In this document: positions 63,948 to 64,000 of the stretch, piece by piece
Position numbering within the stretch: position 1 is the stretch's first letter
How the letters are laid out: each line of letters starts with the position of its first letter
Assembly (NCBI RefSeq): GCF_030028105.1
Contig: NC_092372.1
Span: forward strand, 102,986,687 to 103,050,686
Length of the DNA stretch: 64,000 bases
From: Mobula birostris
Lineage: Eukaryota
Direction of reading: 5' to 3'
Notes under the pieces: model-generated
Told to the model about the DNA's origin: nothing
Databases searched by the model: none
The model's input: only the letters and a program-made list of their open reading frames with translations
Translations under genes and position numbers: made by a program

Positions 63948-64000
63948 ACATAGAAACATAGAAAACCTATAGCACAATACAGGCCTTTTGGCCCACAAAG
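63948..64000 (-). mobile_element. CR1-type 3' tail running off the window
   Basis: acatagaaacatagaaaacct...gcacaatacaggccttttggcccaca is the reverse of a (TTCTATGT)n tail with a terminal hairpin. Confidence 0.6.

Overview
Eukaryotic, AT-rich vertebrate DNA. The repeat content (V-domain SINE, CR1, Rex1/Babar, RTE, Penelope-type elements) suggests a cartilaginous fish, probably a ray (inference). The window is a tandem array of a 4-exon, + strand CXC chemokine gene. The predicted 96-aa protein is MDRTATVTILILLLCAIAAQGVPIPGAQGRCHCIRTSFDVIHPKFIRNLKYIPSGSHCERAEIIVTLRNEKKVCVDPDARWLQALIAAMKGGKKHK: IL-8/CXCL8-like core, no ELR motif. The three copies lie at 6841-9143, 26206-28508 and 45203-47506. Units A (~692-20063) and B (~20064-39427) are ~19.37 kb and nearly identical, with a chimeric junction mappable to 23 bp. 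Unit C (~39428-56073) is an older paralogue that differs by one amino acid (A87R), lacks one solo LTR and retains two segments deleted from A/B. From ~57.5 kb the sequence looks like the much more diverged upstream region of a further paralogue beyond the window. Each gene has an ISRE/NF-kB/C-EBP/TATA-like promoter preceded by a decayed duplicate of that promoter. Intron 3 holds several candidate terminal-exon acceptors and a long hairpin. Penelope-derived fragments carry degenerate minimal hammerhead-ribozyme motifs. There is a 128-N gap at 40518-40645. Nearly all ORFs in the supplied track are retroelement debris or chance ORFs. Difference counts were made by eye and are approximate.
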